Shown here piece by piece: positions 1-9,129 of a DNA stretch of 64,000 nucleotides. A program made the position numbers and the translations under genes. The first letter of the stretch is position 1; every line of letters begins with the position of its first letter. Source of the stretch: Candidatus Yanofskybacteria bacterium RIFCSPLOWO2_01_FULL_42_49 (GTDB lineage Bacteria > Patescibacteriota > Minisyncoccia > 2-02-FULL-40-12 > GWA2-44-9); the NCBI GenBank assembly GCA_001795615.1, contig MGKI01000014.1, forward strand, positions 5,380 to 69,379, in the 5' to 3' direction. Below the pieces are notes generated by a model. That model did not search any database. It was not told the DNA's origin and saw only the letters and a program-made list of their open reading frames with translations.

Positions 1-981
1 GAAGGTTTTAGAGTCTTGGAGATTCAAAAGTATAGTGTTTTCTTTGACCATCCTTGCGTCCATTACCTTGGCAACCAACGAGGCTTTCGCTAGCGGTTTC
101 TGAGATTTCTTCAGAATATTAACCAGAACATCTTTTACTGTACCCGATGAATAGCCCCACTCCGACAAAGCATACATTCCTCGGCCAACCAAAACAAATC
201 TGCCATCTTTTATCAACTCATTGTGGACCGTTTGAACATTGGCTTTTTTATTTGAAAAACTAACTTCATTTATAAGCTTGGCTATGTCGCCGAAATGCTT
301 GGGAGATTTTGCTTTCTTAAGCACCAGATAGGCCTTATCCTTGACACCCCTCGGCTTTACTTCCGGCCACGATACCAAGCCCACTTCGTCAAATATATTT
401 TTGCTGATTGTTTTACTTACCGATAAACATGTGTCCAAGTTGTCTATGGAATTATTTTTTGCAAAAGAAGGAAGGTCTCCGGCGGGAACAACTCCCGAGT
501 TTTTCTCCAACGCCTTAGTCAATAAGGCCATTGTGTTTTTGAAAGAATTCAATTTTTCGGAGTTAGACGACCAGAAAGCGTTGAACTCGTCGTTTTCAGG
601 AGATCTGGCCAAACTGCCGTCAACTGAAAGGACGAATAATAAAGAGGCATTAGCTGAAGTATCAGCTTCTTGGCCGCTGAAAGATTTAAACAAGTTTTTT
701 TCTTTTACTACTCCCCCCTTGGAGTCAATCAGGTCTCTGGCCCAATTCACATAGTTTGCAACCCCGCTATTAGTAAAAACTGATTTAGAAAGCTGTTTCA
801 GAGCAAACTCCTCTATTTGTCTGACTCTTTCTCTTGTAATGCCATAGCCCTGGCCAATTGATTCCAGGGTTTCCTTTTTGCCGTTTTTCAATCCAAAACG
901 ACGAGATATTATATCCCTGTTTCTTGGCGCCAGATCTTTCACTAAAGAGACGACCACTTGTTGTATGTCTTTCGACATCAT
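1..981 (-). CDS. Sigma-70 region 4 HTH plus C-terminal HARE-HTH/RNAP-delta-like domain protein (runs off the window's left edge)
   Basis: Not in the ORF track; translated by hand from ATG at 981: MMSKDIQQVVVSLVKDLAPRNRDIISRRFGLKNGKKETLESIGQGYGITRERVRQIE (sigma R4 signature), later TVHNELIKDGRFVLVGRGMYALSEWGY. Frame stays open to position 1. Confidence 0.85.
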   Translation of the reverse strand, partial: MMSKDIQQVVVSLVKDLAPRNRDIISRRFGLKNGKKETLESIGQGYGITRERVRQIEEFALKQLSKSVFTNSGVANYVNWARDLIDSKGGVVKEKNLFKSFSGQEADTSANASLLFVLSVDGSLARSPENDEFNAFWSSNSEKLNSFKNTMALLTKALEKNSGVVPAGDLPSFAKNNSIDNLDTCLSVSKTISKNIFDEVGLVSWPEVKPRGVKDKAYLVLKKAKSPKHFGDIAKLINEVSFSNKKANVQTVHNELIKDGRFVLVGRGMYALSEWGYSSGTVKDVLVNILKKSQKPLAKASLVAKVMDARMVKENTILLNLQDSKTF

Positions 982-985
982 AAAA

Positions 986-1023
986 TAATGCGAATCTACA
1001 AATGACAAGCGAATGCTGCGAGT
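986..1023. repeat. Short degenerate (T/G)RCGAA-type tandem repeat tract
   Basis: AATGCGAATCTACAAATGACAAGCGAATGCTGCGAGT; same motif family as 2003-2081 and 6018-6094. Confidence 0.5.
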
Positions 1024-1094
1024 AACTATGTTATTGGTAACATTCCCTTTTCATTAATAGCTTTATATTATACTACCATTAAAACTAAATGTGG

Positions 1095-1997
1095 TCAACT
1101 AATGCGACGACGATCAGAACGGGACCACCTAACAAGAAGCGGCGAGGCAACAAATATAGATGAATATGCTCCTAAAAATATGCCCATTATCAGAGCCAGT
1201 GAAAAGTAGTGAATACTCTCTCCGCCGAAGACATATATGGCAAAAAGCGATAAAAGCGTGGTAAATGTCGTATTTAAAGACCGGGTCAAAGTCTGCATAA
1301 TACTCTTGTGGACAACGGCTGGAAATCCGCCGACCGATGAAGTGCTACCTCCTTTTATAATATTTTCTCTAACTCTGTCAAATACCACTACAGTGTCGGC
1401 AACGGAATAGCCAAGGATAGTCAGTACTGCAGCCACAAAGACAGCGCTTATTTCCACGCCGTAAAATTTTCCTAAAACCGCAAATACCCCCAAAGGTATT
1501 ATGACATCGTGGAGCAAGGCTACTATGGCCGCAAATCCCATGACCCACGGCGACAGAGTTCTTGATAGTTTTCTGAAAACCAGAGCGATATAGATTATCA
1601 CGGACAACAGTACCAAAGATACGGCTTTTATACTTTTGCTTTTCAGCTCTTTTCCAATAACGGGTCCTATAGATTCAAACCTTTCTTCTTCAATTCCAGG
1701 AAACTTGTCCCGTAAAACAGACAAAATATTCTGATGGTCTGTTTCGGATAACTCTTTCGCTCTTAATATAACGCCGCTATCGCCGGTATAATTGACGGCT
1801 ACATCTGTCAGTCCGGTTTCTGCCAAAGAGTTTCTGAAATCATCAAGAGAAGGCTTCTCTCCCTGGAGATTAAATTCCATAACACTGCCGCCTTTAAAAT
1901 CGGCGCTAAAATTCAAGCCATATGTAAAAAGCAAAACAGCGCTTGCTATGACAAGCAGTATCGAGAACCAGAACATTGTTGTGTATATGCGAAGCAT
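1095..1997 (-). CDS. secF: Protein translocase subunit SecF
   Basis: GLNFSADFKGG, IGPVIGKEL, ALLHDV, LTILGYSVADTVVVFDRVREN, GAYSSIFVA motifs; adjacent to secD. Confidence 0.97.
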   Translation of the reverse strand: MLRIYTTMFWFSILLVIASAVLLFTYGLNFSADFKGGSVMEFNLQGEKPSLDDFRNSLAETGLTDVAVNYTGDSGVILRAKELSETDHQNILSVLRDKFPGIEEERFESIGPVIGKELKSKSIKAVSLVLLSVIIYIALVFRKLSRTLSPWVMGFAAIVALLHDVIIPLGVFAVLGKFYGVEISAVFVAAVLTILGYSVADTVVVFDRVRENIIKGGSTSSVGGFPAVVHKSIMQTLTRSLNTTFTTLLSLFAIYVFGGESIHYFSLALIMGIFLGAYSSIFVASPLLVRWSRSDRRRIS

Positions 1998-2002
1998 AAG
2001 TA

Positions 2003-2081
2003 TAATGCGAAACTACGAACAACTATGCGAACCTACGAACCGTTCGCAACGTTCGCATTTGAGTTAGCATGGTTCGCATTA
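2003..2081. repeat. Intergenic imperfect inverted repeat built of TGCGAA/TACGAA units
   Basis: Left arm TAATGCGAAACTACGAACAACTATGCGAACCTACGAAC; right arm GTTCGCAACGTTCGCAT...GGTTCGCATTA; fills the secD-secF gap. Confidence 0.7.
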
Positions 2082-2088
2082 TTATTTC

Positions 2089-3423
2089 TTAAAACATCCA
2101 TCTTTTCTTCTCCCACCGCTGTCCCGCAAACAAAAGTAATATCTTTCTTGTAACAATAGTGGCTGTAAACAAACTCACCAATACCCCTATCCCCAAAGTA
2201 AGCGCAAAACCCTTCACCATTGAAGTGGTAAACATATACAAAACAAGTGCGCCTATCAGAGTTGTAACATGGCTGTCTCGAACGGACAACCAAGCGCGTT
2301 TGAAACCTTCCTCCATGGACTGAGTAAGCGTTTTGCCAGCTTTCAGTTCTTCTCTCATACGGGCAAAAATAAGAACATTGGCATCAACGGCCATGCCCAG
2401 TGAAAGTATAAAACCAGCAATACCGGCCAGCGTTAATGTAACTGGTATCAGTTTATAAAACGCTAAGACAATGAGAACATAAACAACAAGCGCCGCAACA
2501 GAGACTACCCCTGGCAGACGGTAGAAAAGAATCATAAACAACGCAACGGCAATAAGACCGTAGACGCCGGCAACCAGACTTTTGACAAGGGATTCTTGGC
2601 CCAAAGATGCCCCGATTGTCTGTTGAGATATTAATTTAATCGGTACCGGCAAAGCGCCAGAGTTTAAACGAGTAACCAGCAACTTTGCTTCTTGAGGAGT
2701 AAACTTTCCACTTATAACAGCGCTACCGTCCGGAATCTCGGTTTGCACAACCGGTATGCTGATAGGCATACCGTCAAGATATATGGCAACCAACTTCCCG
2801 ATATTCCTTCGTGTTATTTCAGAGAACAGTTCCGCCCCCTCGCCGGTCAACTGTAAACTAACCTGCGGAATGTTGGTTTGGGGATCAAAAACCAACTGCG
2901 CTCTTTCAAGGTGTCTCCCGTTTAGACCGGTAGCTAAAAACGGTTCTTCACTCAGCCGTTCGCCTCTTGATTGCGCATCTAGTATGTCTCTGGTGCCGTC
3001 CGTTTCTTCTTTAAACTCAAGAAATGGCGTTTCGCCAATCAATTGAATAGCCTGATTGACATCGCTTATGCCCGCCAGTTCAACTATCAGACGATCACTT
3101 CCGCTCACTTGCACCACCGGTTCGGAAACACCAAAAAAGTTGACTCTTCTTTCCACCACATCTCTGACGCCCTGCATAGCATCCGCTGCGTTAAGATCGC
3201 CAACTTGATTTAAGTCGGCTTCATATACCAAGTGCGTACCACCGAGCAAATCCAGACCGAGACGAAACGGAGGAAGTTTCCAGTTTCTAGTTTCCAGTTT
3301 CCAGTTTAAAAAACCCGCGGTTTTTTCCACGCCTTGCGGGTAGACAAAGACCAACAAAAAAAGAGAAGCAACAATCAGAGTTATTAGAAAATATGAATTT
3401 TTCACTAAAGAGTAATTAAACAT
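2089..3423 (-). CDS. secD: Protein translocase subunit SecD
   Basis: RLGLDLLGG, RVNFFGVSEPVVQ, LNSGALPVP, GMAVDANVLIFARMREE, KGFALTL motifs. Confidence 0.97.
   Translation of the reverse strand: MFNYSLVKNSYFLITLIVASLFLLVFVYPQGVEKTAGFLNWKLETRNWKLPPFRLGLDLLGGTHLVYEADLNQVGDLNAADAMQGVRDVVERRVNFFGVSEPVVQVSGSDRLIVELAGISDVNQAIQLIGETPFLEFKEETDGTRDILDAQSRGERLSEEPFLATGLNGRHLERAQLVFDPQTNIPQVSLQLTGEGAELFSEITRRNIGKLVAIYLDGMPISIPVVQTEIPDGSAVISGKFTPQEAKLLVTRLNSGALPVPIKLISQQTIGASLGQESLVKSLVAGVYGLIAVALFMILFYRLPGVVSVAALVVYVLIVLAFYKLIPVTLTLAGIAGFILSLGMAVDANVLIFARMREELKAGKTLTQSMEEGFKRAWLSVRDSHVTTLIGALVLYMFTTSMVKGFALTLGIGVLVSLFTATIVTRKILLLFAGQRWEKKRWMF
3275..3307. repeat. In-frame heptamer repeat (AGTTTCC) inside secD
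   Basis: AGTTTCC AGTTTCT AGTTTCC AGTTTCC AGTTT; encodes NWKLETRNWKL. Confidence 0.8.
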
Positions 3424-3521
3424 ATTATAAAAAATAAGGCAAGAAAACTATGGATCAGCTTGGCAATAAAAAATCCCACGAAATTACCATGGGACCTGCT
3501 AACAAAATGTTGGATGAGTTA

Positions 3522-4388
3522 TTACTTCTTGATATCGAATACGGGGGTGACACTACCGCCACTGACGACAAAAGTGCATCCACCCTTCAGACAAACATCT
3601 TTTTGCATCTTGATTGCCTCAAGGGAAACAAACTGTTCGGTGTTCAAACCCATCTCTCTGCGATAAGCATTGTCCGATACAGCCCGCTGCCTCTCAGCCG
3701 CTTCACGCTCTTTCTCTGCGGCAAGACGCTGAACTTCGGTTTTCTGAAGTTGTTCTTGCCGAGCCGTTTCAACCCTCTGTTCCTTAATTTCATTTGGCGG
3801 GTTGGCTCGGCCGATTGTGATATCGATGAGCTCGACTGGAAGCTTGATCCGTGCGAATTCCGCTCGCATTTCAACCTCAACCTGTTCATCGATTTGTTCA
3901 ATTGTTGACTTACCGCCGGATTCGGGAGTGGTATCACTAACCATCTCGCTCATCCCGTAGTTCTTGACAGCGCGACGGACGGCACGCTCCCATGGCCTGA
4001 AGACATTGTTGGAATACCACGCCGGTGCCGAATAACTCTCGTTCCAAGGGATATCGTCAACACCAAACTCGACGGCAAGACGAACCGGATCAGTGACCCG
4101 AACACGCATCGCCGCGTTGAAGTCCAGTGGCACGTTATCCTTGGAAAACATGTCATCGATGACCATCGTGAACTGAATCGGCTTGATATCAACATATCGT
4201 AACTCCGTCGACAGCGCAAACCATTCTCGACCGGTCTGGACCGATTGTTGTCTGACGCCACCGTCTCCAAAGAACCATGGTTTTTTGACGACCACGGCAA
4301 CCTGCCCCTCATTGGGTGTTGCCGCGTGACATCCTGTGATAATAACGGCAGCGATTGCCAAGGTTGTAATTTGTGCAACTCTCTTCAT
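3522..4388 (-). CDS. SPFH/band-7 domain lipoprotein
   Basis: Start moved to ATG 4388 (AAGGAGG SD upstream); signal peptide with lipobox IITGC; SKDNVPLDF SPFH motif; C-terminal AE/Q-rich coiled coil. Confidence 0.8.
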   Translation of the reverse strand: MKRVAQITTLAIAAVIITGCHAATPNEGQVAVVVKKPWFFGDGGVRQQSVQTGREWFALSTELRYVDIKPIQFTMVIDDMFSKDNVPLDFNAAMRVRVTDPVRLAVEFGVDDIPWNESYSAPAWYSNNVFRPWERAVRRAVKNYGMSEMVSDTTPESGGKSTIEQIDEQVEVEMRAEFARIKLPVELIDITIGRANPPNEIKEQRVETARQEQLQKTEVQRLAAEKEREAAERQRAVSDNAYRREMGLNTEQFVSLEAIKMQKDVCLKGGCTFVVSGGSVTPVFDIKK

Positions 4389-4564
4389 TAGTTCCTCCTT
4401 GCTACTTTTGGATCTTCCGACCCTAAATAGTAGCCACTTTTTTGAGTTGACAACGAACGCGAGTACTATATTAACATATTTATAAAATAATGCAAGAAGA
4501 GGGATGAGGCCATACAAAAATAGGCCTCATTTGAGGACAATGCACAATAGTAGTGGTGGAGCGA

Positions 4565-6010
4565 CTATTCCAATTTCTCTCTGCCCTTATGAGGTTTTTG
4601 TTGTTCTAACCACTCCTTGACCGCCATCGTCGCCCTGACATCATCTTCGTTATACTTCAGAATTTTTTTCAAAATGACATCGGATTTGTTTTCCAACCAC
4701 TCGTTATACCAAACCACTGACTCGGCCCCGCCCGCTTCGGGGTCATTCCATTTATAACCAACATACCCCGCAACATCTTTCAAGCTGTAGAAATAAAGGG
4801 GTAAAATTACGGACTCAACGGTTTGGTTATAAAGGTCTATCGTATTTTCTCTAAACTTTGAAACCAACGCCGACGGGGCGCCGTATTTCAATGCGAATTG
4901 GTCAAAAACAACTTTCTCGAGAAACGCGTAGTGATAAATTACGAAATCGTTCAAGTCCGCCAGAAAATCTAAAAAACTTCTCCAAATTTCCGACTCTTCG
5001 TCTTTATTGTTCGCAAAAAAGTGTCTGTATTCAACAGATCCCGACTTTGTATCTTTGATCAACACTCCGAGCAGATAATGAATATCTCTTGTCGGATCGC
5101 TCTCAATGTCAAAATAAATTTCATAACGGACTTTGGGGAAGTTACCCTTTTTCAATATCAACGGCTCTTGAGAAATCAGAGACTTGGCTTGATTATTAAA
5201 TCTCACCAACTTATCAAACGGCCAATCTTCGAGTTTTGCTTGAAGCTCATTTACATCAGCGTCTGCCACTTGGCCCACCGTCCTTATGCCGATGTCATAA
5301 AGCCGCCTCTGGTCGGATTGGCTTATCCTAAATATCAGCGACACATCATTGCATTCCCTCGCTCCCTCAACACACAATGAATACCATGGAGTTTTCTTAC
5401 ATCCAGACTTCAAAAACGGCGCAGGTTTTTCTCCCTCAAGAATTTTCTCTATCTGCTCTCTGGTAACATGAAACTGGCTGACAAAATCATCAACAAGAAA
5501 TGAACGGGTATTGCCGTCAGGATCAATAACGAAAGCTTCTTTTGGCCTTACCCCTTGCAACCTTTCCAGTATCAAGCTATAGAAAACGAGTTGGAATTTG
5601 TACTGATCGCCGATATCAAGGGAACTCTGAACATCATAAACGACATAGTGCCAGTCACCCAAATCCGACTTTCCCGCTTGAGCTTCAAGCAAATCCGGCA
5701 TCCCCACCCAATTCTCATGCATCAAAACGCCGTGATATATGTTTTTCCCTTGCTTCATTAATTCCAGTGTCGCCAGAAACGCTTCTTCAAGGTCGCGAAA
5801 CGACTCGGGTTTTATCTGTTCAAACTCTTTAAATTTTCTGATTGATTCGCTGGTATTGGCCAACTTGCCCTTGTACAGAAGCTCCAGTATCGGCGGAATG
5901 TGCTTTTTCTTTTTCGCATCAGCGTAAATGTCGTACCAAATCCAATGCGGACACTGGAAAAATTTGTAGAAATGTTCAGGGGTAAGAAATTTTTTATTCG
6001 CTTCGCTCAT
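4565..6010 (-). CDS. TM0106-family RecB-like nuclease with C-terminal RNase H-like domain
   Basis: N-terminal FFQCPHWIW, GMPDLL, QLVFY nuclease motifs, HhH-like LYDIGIRTV, YFDIESDP, YSLKDVA, LKYNEDDVRAT. Confidence 0.85.
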   Translation of the reverse strand: MSEANKKFLTPEHFYKFFQCPHWIWYDIYADAKKKKHIPPILELLYKGKLANTSESIRKFKEFEQIKPESFRDLEEAFLATLELMKQGKNIYHGVLMHENWVGMPDLLEAQAGKSDLGDWHYVVYDVQSSLDIGDQYKFQLVFYSLILERLQGVRPKEAFVIDPDGNTRSFLVDDFVSQFHVTREQIEKILEGEKPAPFLKSGCKKTPWYSLCVEGARECNDVSLIFRISQSDQRRLYDIGIRTVGQVADADVNELQAKLEDWPFDKLVRFNNQAKSLISQEPLILKKGNFPKVRYEIYFDIESDPTRDIHYLLGVLIKDTKSGSVEYRHFFANNKDEESEIWRSFLDFLADLNDFVIYHYAFLEKVVFDQFALKYGAPSALVSKFRENTIDLYNQTVESVILPLYFYSLKDVAGYVGYKWNDPEAGGAESVVWYNEWLENKSDVILKKILKYNEDDVRATMAVKEWLEQQKPHKGREKLE

Positions 6011-6017
6011 TGATTAT

Positions 6018-6094
6018 AATCCTAATCTACGAATTTATCCGAATGCTCCGAATAACAATTTGGGGCATTTGGATGCCATTTGCGGATTTGGATT
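6018..6094. repeat. Intergenic imperfect inverted repeat of CGAAT-type units
   Basis: AATCCTAATCTACGAATTTATCCGAATGCTCCGAAT ... ATTTGGGGCATTTGGATGCCATTTGCGGATTTGGATT between the two nuclease genes. Confidence 0.65.
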
Positions 6095-6098
6095 ATGG

Positions 6099-6827
6099 TC
6101 AAACATTAAAATCCTCCGGCATGTATTGCTTTACCATACTAACATAATGGCAATGATCGCAATGCTTCTGCGCATTGCCGCTTGCCGAAGGAGGTTCATC
6201 TTGCCTTGCCAGCTCAACTGCCGCTTCAAAAGTCGGACCAACCCATTCAGTATTAATCTTGACCGGTCTTACTTCTTCCGTAAACTTCAAGACATTACCA
6301 AAACCAGTCTCCCCTTCTTTGACAACTTTATAAAAAACAAAGAAGGCTTCGGGATAAGTTTCATAACCCTTCTGTTTCAATATATAATTATAAACATCCA
6401 TTTGTTTCTGATAATCATCGTAAATAGTTATCTCTTTTGCGCCGGAAGATTTATAATCAATCACCCCCAAAGAACCGTCTTTAAACTCCAGAACATCATC
6501 AACTGCGCCGTACAATACGGCATTTAAAGCTTCGTCATGATAAACAACCCCTTTAAAATTATTCCGCCATTCAGAAAGTTCCTCGCCGTTAAATAACTTT
6601 GCATCCTTAATTCCGTGACTTTTCAGAATCGGAGGCAAAGTGCCTTTCTCTCGATATTTGTCGAATTCTTTTTTAACCAAATAGTCCACGGCGATAGAAA
6701 GCGTGAACGGATATCCAGGCGGCCTTTTCACTTTGTGATGCAAATCCAGCCAAAAACAGCGTGGACATTCCTGAAACAATTTCAACCCGCTTCGGGAAAT
6801 TTTGAGAGTATTCGAAAATTTTAGCAT
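6099..6827 (-). CDS. PD-(D/E)XK nuclease family protein (RecB/Cas4-like, probable Fe-S cysteines)
   Basis: ISRSGLKLFQECPRCFW, GAVDDVL, VIDYKS, QMDVY, C-terminal HCDHCHY. Confidence 0.85.
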   Translation of the reverse strand: MLKFSNTLKISRSGLKLFQECPRCFWLDLHHKVKRPPGYPFTLSIAVDYLVKKEFDKYREKGTLPPILKSHGIKDAKLFNGEELSEWRNNFKGVVYHDEALNAVLYGAVDDVLEFKDGSLGVIDYKSSGAKEITIYDDYQKQMDVYNYILKQKGYETYPEAFFVFYKVVKEGETGFGNVLKFTEEVRPVKINTEWVGPTFEAAVELARQDEPPSASGNAQKHCDHCHYVSMVKQYMPEDFNV

Positions 6828-6860
6828 TGAAGTTATTGTACACTAGTTTTTATAAAACTT

Positions 6861-6888
6861 AAAAGCCGCTTGAAAAAATCAAGCGGCT
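6861..6888 (-). terminator. Intrinsic terminator after the JAB gene
   Basis: AGCCGCTTGA-AAAAA-TCAAGCGGCT 10-bp stem overlapping the stop codon, followed by Ts on the minus strand. Confidence 0.7.
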
Positions 6889-7462
6889 ATGTATAACCTA
6901 AAGCCCTGTTCAGCGACTTGAGCGCAGCGGGTGCTTGAATAAAAAAACATTCTTCCTTCAAATCTCCATTTCCCTCTTTTGTGACCCGGAGTATGTTTAT
7001 GTGGAATTTATATTTACCAAGAGACCCTCGGATACCGCCCTCGGCAGTACCTTGCCATAAAATTCTATCCTTGTTGATAGACGAAATTTTTATAACTACC
7101 GACAACGGACAACCGCCCCGAAGCATGTCTTTCATGTCCGTACTGCTCAAGGTCGGTTCCCTCTTGTGAGATCCCCACTCGGGATGCGAATGAAAGTCGC
7201 CGATAACCGGAAAAATGGCCGGATATTTTTTGAAAAATTCTTTCATGTTTCTCTCGCTTAACTTACTTTGTTCTATTTCTTTATTACGGCGTTTTTTGGC
7301 AAGTTGCACGGCCACAGCGCTGGTTATAATAAAATTATTTCTGGTTCTGCTAGGCTTTCTGCCAAAAATATAGCCAAAACATTCTCTCTTAAATGTTTCC
7401 ACGGATGAAAGTACCATTGTAAAAAACGGCTCTTCCTCTATGTAGACAGTCGGCGGATCCAC
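6887..7462 (-). CDS. JAB/MPN (JAMM) metallo-isopeptidase domain protein
   Basis: Upstream Glu (RECFGYIFG) and GDFHSHPEWGSHKREPTLSSTD (HxH...SxxD) JAMM motif. Confidence 0.8.
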   Translation of the reverse strand: MDPPTVYIEEEPFFTMVLSSVETFKRECFGYIFGRKPSRTRNNFIITSAVAVQLAKKRRNKEIEQSKLSERNMKEFFKKYPAIFPVIGDFHSHPEWGSHKREPTLSSTDMKDMLRGGCPLSVVIKISSINKDRILWQGTAEGGIRGSLGKYKFHINILRVTKEGNGDLKEECFFIQAPAALKSLNRALGYT

Positions 7463-7465
7463 GGT

Positions 7466-7523
7466 TCACCTGTTTTGTAAGGAACAGTTTAATAATTCAA
7501 GCTAAATTTTTACGATTTGTCAA
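7466..7523 (-). promoter_or_regulatory. Sigma70-like promoter plus boxA-like 12-mer and SD for the JAB gene
   Basis: TTGACA (7518-7523), GTTCCTTACAAA (7474-7485), AGGTG SD. Confidence 0.55.
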
Positions 7524-7528
7524 AAACA

Positions 7529-7549
7529 AAAAGTCCTTTTCGGACTTTT
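7529..7549 (-). terminator. Intrinsic terminator after the M32 gene
   Basis: AAAAGTCC-TTTTC-GGACTTTT hairpin at the stop codon; its T-run leads into the next -35. Confidence 0.65.
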
Positions 7550-9050
7550 AAACACCATAAATACCCGAGTACTTGGTTTGAAGATATTCTTGAAAATAAC
7601 TGACGGATAACTCTTGGCCGGTAACGCGTTTTACTAATTCAGCCGCGCTATAGAGTTTACCCTTGCTGTGGACATTGGTCCTAAGCCAACCCAGAAGAAG
7701 CTTAAAAAATTCTTCAGGGAGTATTTTTTCCGGTAAATCCGCCATGGCTGCGTTGCAAAACTGAGCCGCATAAAGGTTTCCCAGCGCATAGGTCGGGAAA
7801 TAGCCGAATGATCCCTCCGACCAGTGAATATCCTGAAGCACTCCGTTAGCGTCTTTATCGACTTCTATGCCAAAATAATCAGCCACTTTTTGATTCCATG
7901 CCCGGGGCAAATCATTAACGGTTAAATGTCCTCCGATCAGGTCCTTCTCAATTTCAAAACGAAAGATGACATGCAGATTATAAGTAACCTCATCGGCGTC
8001 AACTCTTATTAAAGACGGCCTGACGCAGTTAATCGCCTTGTAAAAACTCTCAAGTGAAACACCGGCTAAAACTTCGCTGAAGTACAACTTTAGCTCCGGG
8101 AAAAAATATTCCCAAAATAAGTGGGACCGTCCGATATAATTCTCCCATAGCCGAGAATTAAATTCATGAATGCCTAGTGATACCGCTTCACCTCTGGGAG
8201 TGCCGAAATATTCAACCGGGAGCCCTTGCTCATACATGCCGTGGCCAGATTCATGAATAGCGCTCATAAGACACTGCTCAACAAAATCATCTTTTTTATA
8301 TCGTACGGTGATGCGGACATCGGAAGGATGTAACTCCTGGCAAAACGGGTGAAGGCTTGTCCCCATATGACCGGCATCCAGATCAAATCCAATTCGAGTC
8401 AAAACCATTTTGGCGAACTTCTTCTGCTTTCCGATATCCCAAGGTCCTTTCAAAAATGATCGGTCGGTCTTAACTGAAGAGTTTGCTATCTTAGAAACAA
8501 ACGGCACAAGGAATTTTTTTAATTCGGTAAATGTTTTTTCTGCTTTGTCGCTGGTCAATCCCGGTTCAAAATCATCAAGCAAAACATCGTACCACGAATC
8601 ACTAGGATTAACTAACTCGGCTTCTTGTCTCTTAAGTTCAACGATTTTTTCCAAATGAGGCGCAAATAAACCAAAATCTGAGTTTTTTCTCGCTCTTGCC
8701 CAAAAGTCGTGAGCACGAGCGCAAGTTAAGCTAAGCTCGTCTACAAATTCGTTAGGCAGTTTTTTTGACTTAACGAAATCGCACAAAGTTTCACGGACTA
8801 TACAGGATTCATCTTCATTAAGTTCTCCCCGATCCATAGCCTCTTGTGCTTGCATTAACACCGTTTCAAATTCAGATGATGTAAAATTCCTGTGATACAG
8901 TCCCGAGACATGAGCCATCAGTTGGGCCCTGGCTTCGTAACCCTTAGCAGGAACATTAACCTGCTGGTCCCAGCTCAAAAGAGCATTCATGGAACCAAGA
9001 TGCTGTAAACCTAAAAGTTTATCCCTTAACACTGCCACTGCTAGATTCAT
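7548..9050 (-). CDS. M32 family carboxypeptidase
   Basis: WDQQV, HPF, DVRIT, HESGH zinc motif, IRVDADEVTYNLH, LQDIHW, GYFPTYALGN. Start ATG 9050 (or TTG 9056). Confidence 0.95.
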   Translation of the reverse strand: MNLAVAVLRDKLLGLQHLGSMNALLSWDQQVNVPAKGYEARAQLMAHVSGLYHRNFTSSEFETVLMQAQEAMDRGELNEDESCIVRETLCDFVKSKKLPNEFVDELSLTCARAHDFWARARKNSDFGLFAPHLEKIVELKRQEAELVNPSDSWYDVLLDDFEPGLTSDKAEKTFTELKKFLVPFVSKIANSSVKTDRSFLKGPWDIGKQKKFAKMVLTRIGFDLDAGHMGTSLHPFCQELHPSDVRITVRYKKDDFVEQCLMSAIHESGHGMYEQGLPVEYFGTPRGEAVSLGIHEFNSRLWENYIGRSHLFWEYFFPELKLYFSEVLAGVSLESFYKAINCVRPSLIRVDADEVTYNLHVIFRFEIEKDLIGGHLTVNDLPRAWNQKVADYFGIEVDKDANGVLQDIHWSEGSFGYFPTYALGNLYAAQFCNAAMADLPEKILPEEFFKLLLGWLRTNVHSKGKLYSAAELVKRVTGQELSVSYFQEYLQTKYSGIYGV

Positions 9051-9058
9051 GGTCAAGT

Positions 9059-9114
9059 CTTCCTGTCAATGAACTAGTTAGGATTAAAATACAGTAAAGA
9101 CTTAATGTGGTCAA
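9059..9114 (-). promoter_or_regulatory. Promoter plus boxA-like 12-mer for the M32 gene
   Basis: TTGACC (9109-9114), 17 nt, TATTTT; GTTCATTGACAG (9063-9074) directly before the AGGAAG SD-like tract. Confidence 0.55.
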
Positions 9115-9129
9115 TAAAAAATATGCGGT

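Noticed and set aside
341-754. 137-aa plus-strand ORF in the track
   Set aside because: It is the antisense shadow of the minus-strand sigma70-R4/HTH gene (1-981), which has clear motifs.
2033-2293. 86-aa ORF ending in NNNANHANSNANVANGS
   Set aside because: Alternative frame of the secD 3' end; the low-complexity tail is just the intergenic repeat translated.
4554-4562. GCTCCACCA on the minus strand, resembling a tRNA-Ala/tmRNA 3' end (possible att remnant) beside the SPFH cassette
   Set aside because: Only 9 nt, with no T-arm, no second copy and no integrase in the window; compatible with chance.
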